Below, in pieces: positions 17,465 through 26,730 of a stretch of 36,125 nt of DNA (position 1 is its first letter; each line of letters begins with the position of its first letter). The notes beneath the pieces were generated by a model. It was not told where the DNA came from. It saw only the letters and a program-made list of their open reading frames with translations, and searched no databases. The position numbers and the translations under genes were made by a program. Source of the DNA: Candidatus Liptonbacteria bacterium. GTDB taxonomy: Bacteria > Patescibacteriota > Minisyncoccia > UBA6257 > 2-01-FULL-56-20. The DNA lies in the NCBI GenBank assembly GCA_016204385.1, contig JACQKW010000006.1, forward strand, positions 1 through 36,125, given 5' to 3'.

Positions 17465-17573
17465 GGGCAAATGCACGCGAATGACGCCAATAAAATGTCG
17501 TATGATAATGTGGTAGGGATGGTTCTCTATTCGCAACATTCGCGCGTATTCGCGTATTAGCGCCGCGTTGTCT

Positions 17574-18434
17574 ATGGAAGGCCTACACGAGGAGAAAACA
17601 AAATATCTTGAAGAAATGGGGAACGTCCTGCGTGAGGATGTGATTAAGATGCTCGTCGAAGCCGGTTCCGGCCATTCGGCGGGGCCCTTGGGCATGGCCG
17701 ATATTTTCGCGACTATGTATTTCCATATATTGAGCCACAATCCGAAGAAACCGGAGTGGCCGGAGCGCGATCGCCTCGTGCTCTCAAACGGGCATATCTG
17801 CCCCATCCAGTATGCGGCGCTTGCGCGCGCGGGGTACTTTAAGCTTGAGGAGTTGATGACGTTAAGGAAACTAAACTCGCGTCTCCAGGGGCACCCGCAC
17901 CGCAAATCGCTCCCGGGAGTCGAGACCACCTCGGGCCCGCTCGGCTCGGGCCTCTCGCAGGCAATCGGCATGGCGCTTGCCGCGAAGCTCGACCATGCGC
18001 GCAAGCGGATTTACTGCCTGATGTCGGACGGCGAGCATCAGGAAGGAAACACGTGGGAAGCGGTCATGTTCGCGGGGAAAAACCGGTTATCAAATCTCAC
18101 GGCGATCTTAGACCGCAATAATATCCAGATTGACGGCTACACCGAGGAAATAATGCCGCTTGAGCCACTCAAGGCGAAATACGAAGCATTCAACTGGCAC
18201 GTCTTGGAGATTGACGGGCACAACCCGGAGGAGCTTGTGGATGCGGTTGCGGAGGCGATTGCCATTTTTGAGAAGCCAACCATGATTATCGCGCACACGA
18301 TTCCCGGCAAGGGCGTGAGTTTTATGGAACGAAAGTACGAGTGGCACGGGAAACCGCCCAACAAGGAGGAGGCGGCGAAAGCACTAAGGGAACTAAGAAC
18401 ACTGGGGGATAGGATAAAGAGTGAGCACCAATAA
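17574..18434 (+). CDS. tkt: Transketolase, N-terminal (TPP-binding) subunit
   Basis: AGSGH, RDRLVLSNGH, LQGHP, GPLGSGL, SDGEHQEG, DRNNIQIDG, HTIPGKG. Confidence 0.95.
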   Translation: MEGLHEEKTKYLEEMGNVLREDVIKMLVEAGSGHSAGPLGMADIFATMYFHILSHNPKKPEWPERDRLVLSNGHICPIQYAALARAGYFKLEELMTLRKLNSRLQGHPHRKSLPGVETTSGPLGSGLSQAIGMALAAKLDHARKRIYCLMSDGEHQEGNTWEAVMFAGKNRLSNLTAILDRNNIQIDGYTEEIMPLEPLKAKYEAFNWHVLEIDGHNPEELVDAVAEAIAIFEKPTMIIAHTIPGKGVSFMERKYEWHGKPPNKEEAAKALRELRTLGDRIKSEHQ

Positions 18435-18466
18435 CTAGGAGTTAGCAGTTAGTTATTAGGACTTAG
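18435..18466. repeat. Period-7 repeat (CTAA core on the minus strand)
   Basis: CTAG at 18435, then TTAG at 18442, 18449, 18456 and 18463. Confidence 0.75.
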
Positions 18467-18498
18467 GGGGATAATTATAAATGGTACGATAGAGAATA

Positions 18499-19146
18499 AT
18501 GAAAAAAGCAATAATTTTATTGATCGTCGTCGTAGTGATAATAGTTGGTTGGATTTTTATCGCAGGAAGATTTTTTGGTTTTCCTGATAGTTTTCCTAAA
18601 AGGACATTGCCTCCACCGGGAGACATTGAGGTTTCATCAGAAATGGATACTTCTGACTGGAAAACCTACCGGAATGAGACGCATAGGTTCGAATTTAAAT
18701 ACCCGGCTGATTGGTCAGTTAAAGGTGATACTTTTAAGAATGCAAACGATCAAGTGGTGGCAAGTATTTCAGCCAGCAACTCCGCAAATATCGGCATTTC
18801 CTACTGTGCAGCACATAGTTTGTCCCAAGCACCCGATACACGATGCCAATTTCTTTCGGTGGATGGTAATGCGGTAGAAGTAGACTGGGGGGTTGGTAAT
18901 AACGTCGTAGTAAGGTTTGAAATTCAAGGTTCAATCTATTTTATCAATTTTTATAAGAGTTTTGTGGAAACAGAAACGATTCAACAGATCCTCTCCACCT
19001 TTAAATTCATTCAAGATACACCTCTTTTATTTCCACCCGAGCCAACTCAAGAAGAAATTGAGCGTGTAAAAAAATTACCCAAAGAACAATGTCCCTGTTG
19101 GGTAGAAGGTCAAAATGTTTGTCTCCCCCAACAATCGTGTATATAA
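18499..19146 (+). CDS. AT-rich membrane-anchored hypothetical protein (PsbP-like WKTY...FKYP motif, Cys-rich tail)
   Basis: N-terminal TM; DTSDWKTYRNETHRFEFKYPADW; CPCW...C...C tail. Confidence 0.75.
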   Translation: MKKAIILLIVVVVIIVGWIFIAGRFFGFPDSFPKRTLPPPGDIEVSSEMDTSDWKTYRNETHRFEFKYPADWSVKGDTFKNANDQVVASISASNSANIGISYCAAHSLSQAPDTRCQFLSVDGNAVEVDWGVGNNVVVRFEIQGSIYFINFYKSFVETETIQQILSTFKFIQDTPLLFPPEPTQEEIERVKKLPKEQCPCWVEGQNVCLPQQSCI

Positions 19147-19148
19147 AC

Positions 19149-20141
19149 ATGTTAAATCCAGATACAAAACCGAACCCAAAAATTTTTGAAGAGGATATAG
19201 AAATGGCACCCACGCGCGACGGGTATGGGTTGGGTTTGGTTGAGGCGGGAGAGAGGAATAAGAACGTCGTTGCGCTCTGCGCGGATTTGACGGAATCCAC
19301 GCGCGCGGAGTCGTTCGCGAAGAAATTTCCCGAGCGGTTCTTTGAGGTAGGCGTTGCCGAGCAGAATATGGCGACGATCGCCGCGGGCTTGGGCGTTTCG
19401 GGCAAGATCCCTTTCATTTCTTCTTACGCGACGTTTTCTCCCGGCAGGAACTGGGAGCAGATTCGCACGACGATTTCCTATAACGACTCGAACGTGAAGA
19501 TTGCGGGACACCACGCGGGAATCTCGGTGGGTCCGGACGGCGCGACGCATCAGGCGCTTGAAGACATTGCGACGATGCGCGTGATGGCAAACATGCAGGT
19601 ATGGGTGCCGTGCGATGCGATTGAGGCGAGGAAAGCCACGGTTGCGGCAGCAAAAATTTGGGGGCCGATCTATCTCCGATTCGGAAGGGAAAAAACCCCG
19701 GTCTTTACAACAGAGAAAACGCCCTTCTTGCCCGGAAAAGCGGAGGTGTTTTGGTCTCCCAAGGGGAAAGCGGACGTGCTCATCGCGGGATGCGGCTCGC
19801 TCCTTTATAACGCGCTCCTTGCCGCGCGCGAACTCGAAAAGGAAAAAATCCATGTATATGTCTTGAATTCCCATACGGTAAAACCGCTCGATGAGCACAG
19901 AATTCTTTTGCTTGCCAAAAAAGCCGGCGCGGTGGTTACGGTTGAAGAACATCAGATAACCGGGGGACTTGGCGGGGCGGTCGCGGAACTCCTCGCGCGC
20001 CGCGCGCCCATGCCAATGGAATTCGTGGGGATGGAGAACATGTTCGGCGAGTCCGGCTCGCCCAAAGAGCTCATTAAAAAATACAACATGGACGTGAGAG
20101 ACATCGTACACGCGGTGAAGAAAGTGATAAAGAGGAAATAA
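19149..20141 (+). CDS. tkt: Transketolase, C-terminal subunit
   Basis: ADLTES, GVAEQNM, GPDGATHQ, YLRFGRE, VEEH...GGLG. Confidence 0.95.
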   Translation: MLNPDTKPNPKIFEEDIEMAPTRDGYGLGLVEAGERNKNVVALCADLTESTRAESFAKKFPERFFEVGVAEQNMATIAAGLGVSGKIPFISSYATFSPGRNWEQIRTTISYNDSNVKIAGHHAGISVGPDGATHQALEDIATMRVMANMQVWVPCDAIEARKATVAAAKIWGPIYLRFGREKTPVFTTEKTPFLPGKAEVFWSPKGKADVLIAGCGSLLYNALLAARELEKEKIHVYVLNSHTVKPLDEHRILLLAKKAGAVVTVEEHQITGGLGGAVAELLARRAPMPMEFVGMENMFGESGSPKELIKKYNMDVRDIVHAVKKVIKRK

Positions 20142-20276
20142 TTCGCAATCAGAAATTTTGTCCGACCGATTCACTTTTTCTCTAAGGCTTGTTCTGGAGA
20201 AAGATTTCTGATACTCTTGTGGTAGTACGTTTTCGGAACCCAAAATCAGAGCGCCTCATGAGGCGAAGGAGGTGAC

Positions 20277-21218
20277 GTGATGACGGCTGATGTATTGAAG
20301 AGAGCCCTCGCCGCCGACCCCTCAAAGAGGATTGTCGTCGTCGCGGGGTCGGGGGTAGGCGCCATAGATGCTTTGCGCGGCAGGCCGCAAGTTCAGTACT
20401 GCGATGATTTCAAGCGGGGCAACCTTCCGCCGCTTGACGGAAAAACGGTCTTCGTGATGTTTGTGGGAGACGGCATCAATCCCTTGGCCTTTGGGCAAAT
20501 CAAGCGCGCGGCGGAGCAGCGGGGAATACAGGTCATGAATTATGGGAATGCCAACCTGAACATCGCCCTCTCGTTCCTGGGGAACGTCTTCCCGGACTTG
20601 CATCCAGAGGCCCCGCGAGGAGAAAGCACCCTCGGAACTTCCAAGGGAAATGGCCAGGGAAAGCTCAACGGACCTTCTCTCGAAACGGGCGAACCTTTAC
20701 CCCCTCCCCGCACACGTGGGAAAGCCGGCGTGCTCAAGCCGTTCGTGCTCGCACACGCGGACTTCAACGCCCGGAACGTGACAGAACACATCCGCGGACT
20801 CCTCGCCAAGGCGAACTCTCTCGGCATTCGGACCACGCAGGCGAGTCTCACGTGTACCTTCTACGCGTGCCGTAAAGCTCGGCGGACAGTTCCTGCCGAG
20901 GAACCGGCCCGGATGGTTCCTCTCGAGACGCCACGGCATGTGGTGTCGGGAAAGAAACCGGAAGCCGCGCCAAGGGCGAAGCCAGGGCGCGGGTCCCGAA
21001 CCGACGCGAGCGTCGGCGAGATGGCCATCTTAGTTCGCGCACTCAAGCGCGACTTCACTGGTTTCCTCTCGCTCACGCGGCGGCTCTCTGTGGCGGCTCT
21101 TCGGGCTTCGTCCCTCGTACGCAAGAACAAGGAACTCACGGAGGAGAACAGCGCTTTGAGAAAAGCCGTGCGAGCCGAAGCCAAGCGGTTCCGAAACATC
21201 GTGATGGGGAAGCGCTAA
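20277..21218 (+). CDS. Hypothetical protein; N-terminal alpha/beta domain (weakly DUF2325-like) and C-terminal coiled coil
   Basis: 313-aa ORF with perfect SD AAGGAGGTGA and its own terminator. Confidence 0.7.
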   Translation: MMTADVLKRALAADPSKRIVVVAGSGVGAIDALRGRPQVQYCDDFKRGNLPPLDGKTVFVMFVGDGINPLAFGQIKRAAEQRGIQVMNYGNANLNIALSFLGNVFPDLHPEAPRGESTLGTSKGNGQGKLNGPSLETGEPLPPPRTRGKAGVLKPFVLAHADFNARNVTEHIRGLLAKANSLGIRTTQASLTCTFYACRKARRTVPAEEPARMVPLETPRHVVSGKKPEAAPRAKPGRGSRTDASVGEMAILVRALKRDFTGFLSLTRRLSVAALRASSLVRKNKELTEENSALRKAVRAEAKRFRNIVMGKR

Positions 21219-21237
21219 TGGTGTTTTCCCGTCCTCC

Positions 21238-21269
21238 GCCCGTGTCACTAGGAACGACACGGGCTTTTT
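21238..21269 (+). terminator. Intrinsic terminator
   Basis: GCCCGTGTC/GACACGGGC stem followed by TTTTT. Confidence 0.85.
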
Positions 21270-21287
21270 ATTTGTTATAATAATGGA

Positions 21288-22277
21288 ATGTTTGATATGG
21301 TAGCGATCGGTTCGGCGACGCGGGACAATTTTCTGAAAAGGGATTATATGTTGATTGATTGGCCCGAAACGCCGCTTGGGAAAGCAATGGTTCTCCCGCT
21401 CGGGGAAAAACTCGGCGTTGAGGAGGCGTATTTTACGGTCGGCGGAAATGCGGTGAATGCTGCCATCACCTTCGCGAGACATGGGTTTAAAACCGCGTGC
21501 GCGGCGAAGGTAGGCATTGATCTCCCCGCGAAAGAGCTCCTCGCGCGGTTCAAAAAAGAAGGCGTATCCACAAAACATATTTCACAGACCGACGAGCGAC
21601 CGACTGCGTATTCCGTGCTTCTTCTCCGCGGAGGGGAGCGCACGATCTTGGGATATCATGGCGCGTCCGACACGTTTACGTTGCAAGATCTCAATTTGAA
21701 AAAATTGAAAGCAGGGTGGTGGTACGTGTCGCTTGCGGGCGAATCCGACAAGATGTATCTGGAACTCGTGCGATTTGCAAAAGAAAAAAATATCCAAGTC
21801 GCATTCAATCCGAGCGGCCACCACATCCATCATCGGAAAGATGAGATCCTCGCATCGCTCAAGGACATTGCGATTCTTGCGGTAAACGCCGGAGAGGCGG
21901 CGGAGCTCACGGGCATTTCCTTCCATGAGGAGGAAAAAGTATTTAAAAAGATAGATGAGCTCATGAGCCCCGGGATTGTGGTCGTGACCGACGCAGAAAA
22001 AGGCGTGACGGTCTCGGACGGAAAGAAGATCTACAAGGCAGGGATATTTAAGGAAAAGAAGGTTGCCGACCGGACGGGCGCGGGAGACAGCTTCGGGAGC
22101 GGATTTGTGGCGACGATTGCGCGCGGCGGAACTATTCCCGAGGCGATCCGCTTTGCCTCGGCGAACGCGACCTCGGTGATTGAACGCATTGGCGCAACCG
22201 AAGGGGTGCTCACAAGGGAAGCGTACGAAGGGGACGAGCGATGGAAAAATTTCAAAATAGGCGTGCGGGACTTATGA
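21288..22277 (+). CDS. PfkB/ribokinase-family carbohydrate kinase
   Basis: GGNAVNAAITFARHG; FNPS; DRTGAGDSFGSGF. Confidence 0.92.
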   Translation: MFDMVAIGSATRDNFLKRDYMLIDWPETPLGKAMVLPLGEKLGVEEAYFTVGGNAVNAAITFARHGFKTACAAKVGIDLPAKELLARFKKEGVSTKHISQTDERPTAYSVLLLRGGERTILGYHGASDTFTLQDLNLKKLKAGWWYVSLAGESDKMYLELVRFAKEKNIQVAFNPSGHHIHHRKDEILASLKDIAILAVNAGEAAELTGISFHEEEKVFKKIDELMSPGIVVVTDAEKGVTVSDGKKIYKAGIFKEKKVADRTGAGDSFGSGFVATIARGGTIPEAIRFASANATSVIERIGATEGVLTREAYEGDERWKNFKIGVRDL

Positions 22278-23500
22278 ACCCTTATGAAACACTCGGGAAG
22301 GTTTTGGGCGTCCCTGGCTCGATGCTCGAGGCGCTTGCGCGCGCCATGGCGCGCCGAACCGGCGTGTCGGGTGTCTTCGAGCGCATTGCCGGAGAGAACA
22401 AAGAAAATATCGGGCGCACGCTCGAGAAACTCAACGTCCGCGGGGCTCGCGCCGGAGACGTTCAAAAAGGTCTGCGAGCGGCAATCGAGAAGCACGAATC
22501 ACAGTTGCTCGCCTATGTGTCCAAACTCCCGGGTGCCACGGAATTTGAACGCGCCGCGATGCTTGCAAAGAACGTCGCGCGCGTGGGAGATGGATTTTTT
22601 CTGAAGCGGGAGTTTGCGAGGGATATTTTAAGGAAGCGGCCTCCGGAGAACCTCCTCGCACATTTGGGATATCGAGACGTGGAGGAGTTATTCAAACGAA
22701 GCGGCATTATGGAGGCGATGAGCGCCCTGCGGTTCATGGAATCCGACGAATGGATGCACGAGACGTTTGAGAAGGCATACAGTAATTTCACCGCCTCGGA
22801 TTTCGAGGAGCGGCCGATCGAGGTAAAAGTGCTCGGTCCCGAATGGAACGACGTGGCGGCAAAGTTCGTGGCAAAAAAACATCACAATGTGAGCCACCTC
22901 AAGGAATTCGGCGTGATATTCTTAAACCCGATTAAAGAAGATATCCCCGGGAAATTTCTGCGCGATTTTGCGCTCCTCCTCCACTATTTCCACGAGATCG
23001 AATTTTATTCAAAGATGTTCCTGCGCTATTCGAAGGAAAAGGACTTCACGTCCCGTTTCAAAGCGTTTCTCCGGGGGGACGTGCGGGAAGCGCATGCGCA
23101 GGGAGAAGGGGAATGGCTTATCGTGCAACGGTATCTTTTCAAAGAGAACCCTGAAGACCCGCGCCTCTTGCTCCCAAGGGTGAATCCCGAGTCGCTCCAC
23201 TGGGGCAGGGGCGAACGCGATCTTGTGGAATTTGCGGAACAAGAAGCATCGATCGAGCTTGAAATGTGGCGTGATCTTGATTGGGCCGCGGGATTTTTTG
23301 GGGATGGCGAGCTCGTGAGTTTTGACCTGGAAGACAACGCAATGTCCGCGGTGTCCCACCACGAACGAAAACCCCACGCATTCAATTACCACCAGCGCGA
23401 GGCGCTTTGGACGAAAATTTTCTCGGAGTATGCGGGCGGGGAGGCCGAGACGGAAAAACTTCTTATTCACAACTTCGGCGAAGGAGTCGTGAGATTTTAA
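22274..23500 (+). CDS. Conserved-looking hypothetical protein, translationally coupled to the kinase
   Basis: ATGA overlap with the kinase stop; His-rich motifs KKHHNVSHLKEFG and LLHYFHE. Confidence 0.8.
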   Translation: MNPYETLGKVLGVPGSMLEALARAMARRTGVSGVFERIAGENKENIGRTLEKLNVRGARAGDVQKGLRAAIEKHESQLLAYVSKLPGATEFERAAMLAKNVARVGDGFFLKREFARDILRKRPPENLLAHLGYRDVEELFKRSGIMEAMSALRFMESDEWMHETFEKAYSNFTASDFEERPIEVKVLGPEWNDVAAKFVAKKHHNVSHLKEFGVIFLNPIKEDIPGKFLRDFALLLHYFHEIEFYSKMFLRYSKEKDFTSRFKAFLRGDVREAHAQGEGEWLIVQRYLFKENPEDPRLLLPRVNPESLHWGRGERDLVEFAEQEASIELEMWRDLDWAAGFFGDGELVSFDLEDNAMSAVSHHERKPHAFNYHQREALWTKIFSEYAGGEAETEKLLIHNFGEGVVRF

Positions 23501-23516
23501 GGTATCATTGATACGA

Positions 23517-24392
23517 ATGAAGCCGCAGGCGCTTGAGAAGATTTTAAAGGATGCCCGGGAGAAAAAAATCGCCGTGGGCCACTTTAACATATCCGATTTT
23601 GCGGGGCTCAAGGCGATATTTGAAGCGGCAAAGGAGCTCGCGGTTCCCGTGGTCATCGGGACGTCGGAAGGAGAGCGGAGTTTTCTTGGGGCCCGGCAAG
23701 CCGCCGCAGCCGTACGAAGTTTGCGCGAGGAGCACGAGTTTCCGATTTTCTTGAATGCCGACCATACGCATTCCTTCGAAAAAGTGAAGGAAGCGGTCGC
23801 GGCGGGCTACGATGCAATACTTTTTGACGGCGGGAAACTCCCGCTTGAGGAAAATATCCGCGAGACAAAAAAAGTTGTTGAATATGTGAAATCAAAGAAC
23901 CCCACTATCCTTGTCGAGGGTGAAATAGGATATATCGGTTCATCATCCGAGGTGTTTAAGGAAATTCCCGAAGGGGCGGCGATCCGGCCGGAGGATTTGA
24001 CGACGGCCGAGCAGGCAAAGGAATTTGTTGAGAAAACCGGCGTTGATCTCCTTGCGCCCGCAGTCGGGAATATTCACGGCATGTTCGCGAACGCCCCGAA
24101 TCCCCGCCTCGATATAGCGCGCATCGCGGAGATTAGGGTTGCGGCCGGCGTGCCGCTCGTGCTCCACGGCGGTTCCGGCATCCTCGACGAGGATTTCTTG
24201 GGTGCGATCAATGCGGGCATATCGCTCGTTCATATCAACACCGAGATCCGCGTCGCGTGGAGAAAAGGATTGGAAGAAGGGCTCAAACGCCATCCCGATG
24301 AAATTTCGCCGCATAAAGTGCTGCCTTCGGCGGTTGACGCAGTAAAAAAAGTGGTCAAGGCAAGACTTGCTCTTTTTAACCGGATTTCCTGA
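23517..24392 (+). CDS. fba: Class II fructose-bisphosphate aldolase
   Basis: GHFN, NADH, VEGEIG, VGNIHG, VLHGGSG, HINTE. Confidence 0.94.
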   Translation: MKPQALEKILKDAREKKIAVGHFNISDFAGLKAIFEAAKELAVPVVIGTSEGERSFLGARQAAAAVRSLREEHEFPIFLNADHTHSFEKVKEAVAAGYDAILFDGGKLPLEENIRETKKVVEYVKSKNPTILVEGEIGYIGSSSEVFKEIPEGAAIRPEDLTTAEQAKEFVEKTGVDLLAPAVGNIHGMFANAPNPRLDIARIAEIRVAAGVPLVLHGGSGILDEDFLGAINAGISLVHINTEIRVAWRKGLEEGLKRHPDEISPHKVLPSAVDAVKKVVKARLALFNRIS

Positions 24393-24410
24393 TTGCCCCT
24401 CCCGCACGGC

Positions 24411-24439
24411 TTGTAAAGCGCGCGGCTTTTTGCTAAGCT
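24411..24439 (+). promoter_or_regulatory. Sigma-70 promoter; likely leaderless rplY transcript
   Basis: TTGTAA, 17-nt spacer, TG-C-TAAGCT, then 6 nt to the ATG. Confidence 0.55.
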
Positions 24440-24445
24440 CTCCGA

Positions 24446-25111
24446 ATGGAATTACGGGCAGCGGAACGAACCGCATTCGGAAAATCAACGGGTGCCCTAA
24501 GGAAGAGCGGAGTAATTCCCGCGGAGCTTTACGGGCATGGCGTAAAGAACCTCCACCTCTCGGTGGAGGGGAAAGCGTTCTTGAGGGTGTTTCGCGACGC
24601 AGGAGAGAATACCCTGATACATCTCTCAATTGAAGGTACAATACGTCCGGTGCTTGTCCACGATATCCAAAGGGACTCCCTGAGCGGCGATATCTCACAT
24701 GTGGATTTTTATGAGGTGCGAATGGACGAGAAACTAAAAGCGCACGTACCCGTTCACTTGAGCGGGGAAGCTCCGGCGGTAAAGGAGAAAGGCGGCTTTT
24801 TGAATAAAGCGCTCGACGCGGTGGAAGTCGAGTCTCTCCCCGGCGATCTCCCGCACAATTTTGAGGTGGAGCTTGGCGGGCTCATCGATTTGGATAGAAG
24901 CATTTATGTAAAAGACCTTGCCGCGCCGCGCGGGGTAAAAATCCTCACGGATCCGGAAAGCGTGATTGTCACCGTCACGCCGCCGCAGAAGGAGGAAGAG
25001 GTGCCTGCGCCGGAAGTTGCCGTTGCGGAGGTCAAAGTGGAAAGCGAAGAAAAGAAGGCGGAACGGGACGCGGAGAAAGCAAAAACGAAGGAGACGGAAA
25101 AAGAAGGATAG
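24446..25111 (+). CDS. rplY: 50S ribosomal protein L25/CTC
   Basis: LRKSGVIPAELYGHG; VHDIQRD...HVDFYEV; CTC C-terminal domain and charged tail. Confidence 0.95.
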   Translation: MELRAAERTAFGKSTGALRKSGVIPAELYGHGVKNLHLSVEGKAFLRVFRDAGENTLIHLSIEGTIRPVLVHDIQRDSLSGDISHVDFYEVRMDEKLKAHVPVHLSGEAPAVKEKGGFLNKALDAVEVESLPGDLPHNFEVELGGLIDLDRSIYVKDLAAPRGVKILTDPESVIVTVTPPQKEEEVPAPEVAVAEVKVESEEKKAERDAEKAKTKETEKEG

Positions 25112-25177
25112 GAATAAATCAGCGGGCATTGCAGAGTGCACATTCGGCAATAGTGTCCGTATCATTTATACTGTGGA

Positions 25178-26650
25178 ATGGCGGTGTACGCAGCCGCGGA
25201 CGTTCTTCTGATCCTCATGCGCACGAACGTGAATAAGAAGCCGAATACCGTCGTGGACATCCTCCCTTCACAAAGGCGGATGTGTTCGAAGGTATTCGGA
25301 CGGGTATCTCTTTATCCGTCATCTCGGCCGGCGCCCTGCATCGCGTCTCTTTTCCGATGGGGGGTGATCGTAGTTTCGACCCTCGTGTTTACGGGGAGTC
25401 CCGTGCGCGCGCCGGATCTCTTTCACGTTGCGTCCGCGTCCCCTGCGGCGACCGAGGAGGAGCGCAAAGCGCTCGAAGTGGAATTGCAGAACCTTGAGCA
25501 GCAGATTGATCGGTACGAAGACCAGATCGTGAGCTATCAAAAGCAAGGGAACACGCTCAAGGGACAGATCAACCAGTTAAATGACAAGGTTTCGAAGTTG
25601 AACCTCCAGATTCGCGCGGTAAATTTAAGCTTGACGCAACTCGATCAAAAGATTGATGAGACGGAAACGAATATCACGACTACCGAGGAGAAGATACAGC
25701 TGAACCGCGGCGCCATGAGGGATCTTTTGAGGAATATCCACCAAAACGAGCAATTAAGTCTTCTCGAAATCTTTTTTCGCCAGCCGAAGCTTTCAGATTT
25801 CTTTGACGATTTGAATAGCATTGATCTTCTCCAGGACCGCCTCCGCACGTCGCTTATTGACGCGAAGAATTTGCATGAGCAGCTTTCCGAGCAGAAAACC
25901 CAGCTCTCGCTCTCGCGCGCCGACGCAGCGACGCTCAAGCGTTATCAAGAGTCGCAGAAGAGCGAGACGGAGCAGGCGAAGCGGACAAAAAACACCTTGC
26001 TTACCGAGACGAAAGGCCAGGAGTCGAAGTACCAGGATCTCCTCAAAGAAACAAAAAAATCCGCTTCCGAGATCCGGAGCAGATTGTTCCGGCTTTTGGG
26101 GGGAGGAGAGCTTACGTTTGAAGAAGCGTATAACTATGCCAAGCTCGCATCGGGTGCAACCGGAGTTCGCGCCGCGCTTGTCCTCGCGGTGCTTGACAGG
26201 GAGTCGGCGCTGGGACAGAACGTGGGCAGATGCAAATATACGACGGCGATGAGCCCGAAGAACCAGCCAATTTTCCTTGAGATCACGCGGGAATTGGGAA
26301 TCAACCCCGAGAGCATGCTGGTGTCGTGTCCGAATGCGGACGGGGTCTATGGAGGCGCAATGGGTCCGGCGCAGTTTGTTCCGTCGACGTGGATATTGTA
26401 CAAGGACAAGATATCCGCCGTGACCGGAAACTCCCCGGCTTCTCCGTGGAATAACGCGGACGCGTTCGCGGCGACCGCGCTGTACCTGAAAGACGCGGGC
26501 GCAGCAAACGCGCCGACCTCGAAGGAACGGGAAGCGGCGGCGCGGTACTATGCGGGGAGCCGGTGGAGCAGATATCTCTGGACATACGGGGAAGCGGTGA
26601 TAAGCCGCGCAATCAAGTTTCAGGACGATATCAACACGATTGCAGGCTGA
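25178..26650 (+). CDS. Coiled-coil protein with C-terminal lytic murein transglycosylase domain
   Basis: Long heptad coil; DRESALG, GGAMGPAQFVPSTW, SPWNNADAFAATALYL. Start codon uncertain. Confidence 0.85.
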   Translation: MAVYAAADVLLILMRTNVNKKPNTVVDILPSQRRMCSKVFGRVSLYPSSRPAPCIASLFRWGVIVVSTLVFTGSPVRAPDLFHVASASPAATEEERKALEVELQNLEQQIDRYEDQIVSYQKQGNTLKGQINQLNDKVSKLNLQIRAVNLSLTQLDQKIDETETNITTTEEKIQLNRGAMRDLLRNIHQNEQLSLLEIFFRQPKLSDFFDDLNSIDLLQDRLRTSLIDAKNLHEQLSEQKTQLSLSRADAATLKRYQESQKSETEQAKRTKNTLLTETKGQESKYQDLLKETKKSASEIRSRLFRLLGGGELTFEEAYNYAKLASGATGVRAALVLAVLDRESALGQNVGRCKYTTAMSPKNQPIFLEITRELGINPESMLVSCPNADGVYGGAMGPAQFVPSTWILYKDKISAVTGNSPASPWNNADAFAATALYLKDAGAANAPTSKEREAAARYYAGSRWSRYLWTYGEAVISRAIKFQDDINTIAG

Positions 26651-26730
26651 TTCGGGAACGGATACAATACAAGTGTCGTCTTGCGGTGCGTGTGCCGCGC
26701 GCTTCTTTTCGGGAGCGCAACAGTTCATCC

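Noticed and set aside
25126-25152. Imperfect palindrome after rplY as a CIRCE operator
   Set aside because: It does not match TTAGCACTC-N9-GAGTGCTAA and has no T-run; function unclear.
2365-26728. Long antisense/overlapping ORFs (e.g. 2365-3387, 6718-7707, 17294-18004, 19152-20243, 25793-26728)
   Set aside because: They are shadows of well-supported genes in GC-rich DNA, with Arg/Pro-biased sequence and no motifs.
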